A DNA stretch of 22,338 bases from Solemya velum (lineage: Eukaryota), in assembly GCA_048127485.1 (NCBI GenBank), contig JBHNWI010000632.1:35183400-35205737 (forward strand), in the 5' to 3' direction. This document shows, in pieces, positions 20,044 to 22,338 of this stretch (position 1 is the stretch's first letter; every line of letters begins with the position of its first letter). The position numbers and the translations under genes were made by a program. The notes under the pieces were generated by a model. The model was not told the DNA's origin. It searched no databases and was given only the letters and a program-made list of their open reading frames with translations.

Positions 20044-20900
20044 TAAGTATATCTGGTTAAAATACATTTTATTCTAAAATTACAAATCATGCTACAACAC
20101 ATGACCAATCATTGCCTTGATACACCACCTGGCTATACGATTCATCCATGCATTAGTGAATTGTTACACTAATGATTGAAACCTTTTGGATAACAGGAGT
20201 TTGACAGGTTCAAGTCAGATTTTCAAACTTCTGAGGGACTTACAGTTCTCTTTGTTGAAGAACCTCAGAGTCAACAGGGAAGAGCAGACGTTGATTATTT
20301 TGGCACAAATGTTTTCTAGTCTAAATTGTGATGAAAGAGAAAATATAGTGTTACATATCATGTATACATGTATATACATCAGCGTCACATTTTTTAGCCT
20401 TCTTTATCGCTGTGGGTTATGTGGTTGGAAAACTGGTGTATTGGTGATGTCAATGTCCACAAATAGCAGCCAATCAGAAGAGGTGTTAGAGCCAACACAT
20501 ACCAATGGTTGATGTCCTTAACTGATGTTGATACAATGATATCCATTCATACAAGCTGAAATGCCTTGTAGCAAACAGCTTGCACTACCCCCCACTTTGT
20601 TTAGATAAATAAAAGTTTTTTCTTTACAACAAATTTTGAAAATTTTCTTCACATCTTGGATTTGTAGTCTCTCACAGGTACTTGAAGTAGAGATTGATTG
20701 AAGTTACTTCATATTTTCTGCTCGCCTCACTGGGTGGAACCACTAAGAGTGATTCATCAGATATTTATGAGAATGTCGGCTTCTCAACATCAAAAATCAC
20801 ATTGACATACAATTTATAGAATTATATTTTCTCACATACCTAGGCATGAAAGACTGGTGTATCCCATGTGATATAGCCATGTGATATATGTCACATACCC

Positions 20901-20975
20901 ACGTCATTGCACGTGCGCTTAACGAGAACGTCATGAAAAAATGACGTTGGATAAAATGGCAATGCGATGACGTAC
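20901..20975. promoter_or_regulatory. Cluster of four ACGTCA/TGACGT (CRE-like half-site) motifs including the palindrome AACGTCATGAAAAAATGACGTT, in MVP intron 5
   Basis: ACGTCATTGCACGTG at 20901, AACGTCATG at 20928, ATGACGTTGG at 20941 and GATGACGTAC at 20966. The adjacent near-palindrome ATGTGATATATGTCACAT lies at 20876-20893. Confidence 0.25.
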
Positions 20976-21030
20976 ACACTCTACTTGGAGTACCTAAATG
21001 GCTTTTTTTGGATCACGGTATTAGAGAAAA

Positions 21031-21186
21031 GGAGTATTTCATATTTTGAAATGTGATATAGAACTATTCTACCTTCGGGGGCACACACTGTTGATAAAAC
21101 CCTCGGCAAGCCTCGGGTTTTATCCCAATTTGTGCCCCCTTTGGGTAGAATCGTTCTATATCACATACCAGCATATGAAATACTCC
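21031..21186. mobile_element. 156-bp foldback (palindromic) element with ~75-bp arms
   Basis: GGAGTATTTCATATTTTGAAATGTGATATAGAACTATTCTACCTTCGGGGGCACACACTGTTGATAAAACCCTCGG at 21031-21107 is ~85% the reverse complement of 21110-21186. Confidence 0.6.
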
Positions 21187-21256
21187 TATAATATTTTGAC
21201 AATCAGTATTAGACTATACAGTATACCTCATATTGCTATAATTGATCAATGATTTA

Positions 21257-21285
21257 ATCACGGGCAATCAATCAATCAACCAATC
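21257..21285. repeat. (CAAT)n-like simple repeat
   Basis: CAATCAATCAATCAACCAATCATC. Confidence 0.6.
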
Positions 21286-21430
21286 ATCTTTGTTATCTGT
21301 TCAAAGTGATCCGTGGAATAACTTGCAGTGATATCCACTGTTGCATATTTCATCTCTATAGACTACTGTTCTGGGGGAGTATTTGGCAATTGTGAAGGAC
21401 ACCTAATACTATGTTTTGCTTGTTGAGCAG

Positions 21431-21497
21431 GAAGCGTGTGACAGGAGAAGAATGGATGGTATGCCAGCCGGGGCCTACTTACGGCCGGTGTGAGGAG
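21431..21497 (+). CDS. MVP: Major vault protein exon 6 ((R)[22 protein letters not shown])
   Basis: Acceptor TTGCTTGTTGAGCAG and donor GAG|GTACGT bound the exon. The phase-1 start makes AG+G = Arg. It aligns with human [27 protein letters not shown]. Only this frame is open across the exon. Confidence 0.85.
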
Positions 21498-21837
21498 GTA
21501 CGTATGGGCTGGTCTGTGTGGTGTTGATGGTCTCCAAATCAACTGATTTCATTGGTCATCAGTCAGTTGAACCATTTGATTGATTATTGATTCAGATTTC
21601 TCATGATCGATTCAGCTCTACTGCTACCTAAACACAACTGTGTTCCAATAAAATAGGGCTAACATAATTTCGTGATTGTTTGCTTCTGGTTGTTTGGTTT
21701 ACTCATTATATCTTTAAGTTTCATATAGCTACATAATGTACAAACTTAATAACAAAACGTATGGTATCATCTCATGGCTATCAATATACAATATTTACAT
21801 AGGAGTGGCATTGATACTATATGAACCTTACAAATAG

Positions 21838-22079
21838 CAATGGCATTCATAGGGCTATGAATGCCATTGCTCAGGGTATGAGTGCCATTGTATATTGATA
21901 CATGTCCTGTTCACGAAGCTTTCCATAGGCACCATAAGAACTAAAAAGTAAACATAAGCATTGAACTGCTTTCAGACGGCCTTCATATTGAATATGAATG
22001 CCACAGGTATTCCCGGAAATCTCAACATAAAGCGCTTACGTACTTCATTAAATTTTCCTGGAATACCCGTGGCATTCAT
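21838..22079. repeat. Cluster of GAATGCCA / TGGCATTC motifs arranged as two palindromes
   Basis: CAATGGCATTCATAGGGCTATGAATGCCATTG (perfect 15-bp arms, 21838-21869), plus ATGAGTGCCATTG. A second inverted pair GAATGCCACAGGTATTCCCGGAAAT ... TTTCCTGGAATACCCGTGGCATTCAT lies at 22000-22079. Confidence 0.5.
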
Positions 22080-22338
22080 ATTTACTATGAACACCATCTG
22101 ATAGCAGTTCATTGCTTAAGTAACATGGTAGTTTAGGGTCCAAGAAACCACGACTATCAGTATACAGTAATATGGTAGTCGGGGTTCAAGAAGTCAGAAC
22201 TGCATTATAAGTGGGACACATTTGTTGCTTCATCAACCCATTCTTCTATCCACTCAGTTCAAGCTTGGAACTATTTCCACTATTTTCTCTATTCTTTTCG
22301 TCCTTCCATAAAACCACCAATTTAAAACCATAGTATAA

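Noticed and set aside
20186-20512. 108-aa + strand ORF preceded by a plausible acceptor (CCTTTTGGATAACAG). It first looked like an exon continuing from MVP exon 5 in phase.
   Set aside because: Once the exons were identified as MVP, the next conserved segment (RVTGEEW…) is found at 21431 and connects in phase to exon 5. The 20186 ORF has no MVP similarity and no convincing donor, so it is treated as intronic. It could still be an alternative or TE-derived exon, which RNA-seq would settle.
1-22338. Prokaryotic interpretation (operons, defence islands, CRISPR)
   Set aside because: There are no long ORFs, no RBS-spaced gene arrays and no CRISPR-like regular repeat-spacer arrays. The sequence instead shows splice-site-bounded exons of a metazoan gene, microsatellites, LINE/SINE/MITE content and poly-A tails. 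Taken together these rule out a prokaryotic origin.

Overview
This is eukaryotic (metazoan, probably an invertebrate) nuclear DNA, not a prokaryotic locus. It has no long ORFs, several microsatellites, poly-A/T tracts, degraded retrotransposon ORFs, SINEs, MITEs, and exons bounded by AG/GT splice signals. The window has two halves. (1) Positions 1-11,700 are a transposon-rich intergenic region. It holds a tRNA-derived SINE family in two copies, one of them split by a 350-bp foldback element; a ZMYM1-like hAT transposase remnant; (TG)n and (GC)n microsatellites; two short reverse-transcriptase fragments on opposite strands; a 5'-truncated L1-like LINE pseudogene on the minus strand with an A-rich tail; and an unusual ~1.9-kb composite element made of ~360-bp tandem monomers rich in GCCAT(N)TTGG motifs, bounded by ~390-bp inverted copies of the same monomer. 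(2) Positions 11,705 to the window end carry the 5' part of a major vault protein (MVP) gene on the + strand. I identified six coding exons by eye: the ATG exon at 11705-11758, then 14378-14511, 16925-16988, 17625-17846, 18998-19080 and 21431-21497. All have canonical splice sites and consistent intron phases, and together they read through the conserved N-terminal MVP repeats (IPPyHY / PPGHYC / PFPLYPGE / VTGEEW motifs). The introns are loaded with MITEs, including a hAT-type MITE with a perfect 8-bp TSD, two inverted copies of a second MITE family that bracket exons 3-5, a TA-flanked 155-bp MITE and a 156-bp foldback. They also hold a SINE, tandem duplications and clusters of palindromic TGACGT and GAATGCCA motifs. 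A direct repeat of four TCTTGACGYT motifs lies ~210-280 bp upstream of the MVP start codon. All calls come from manual reading. No database searches were run.
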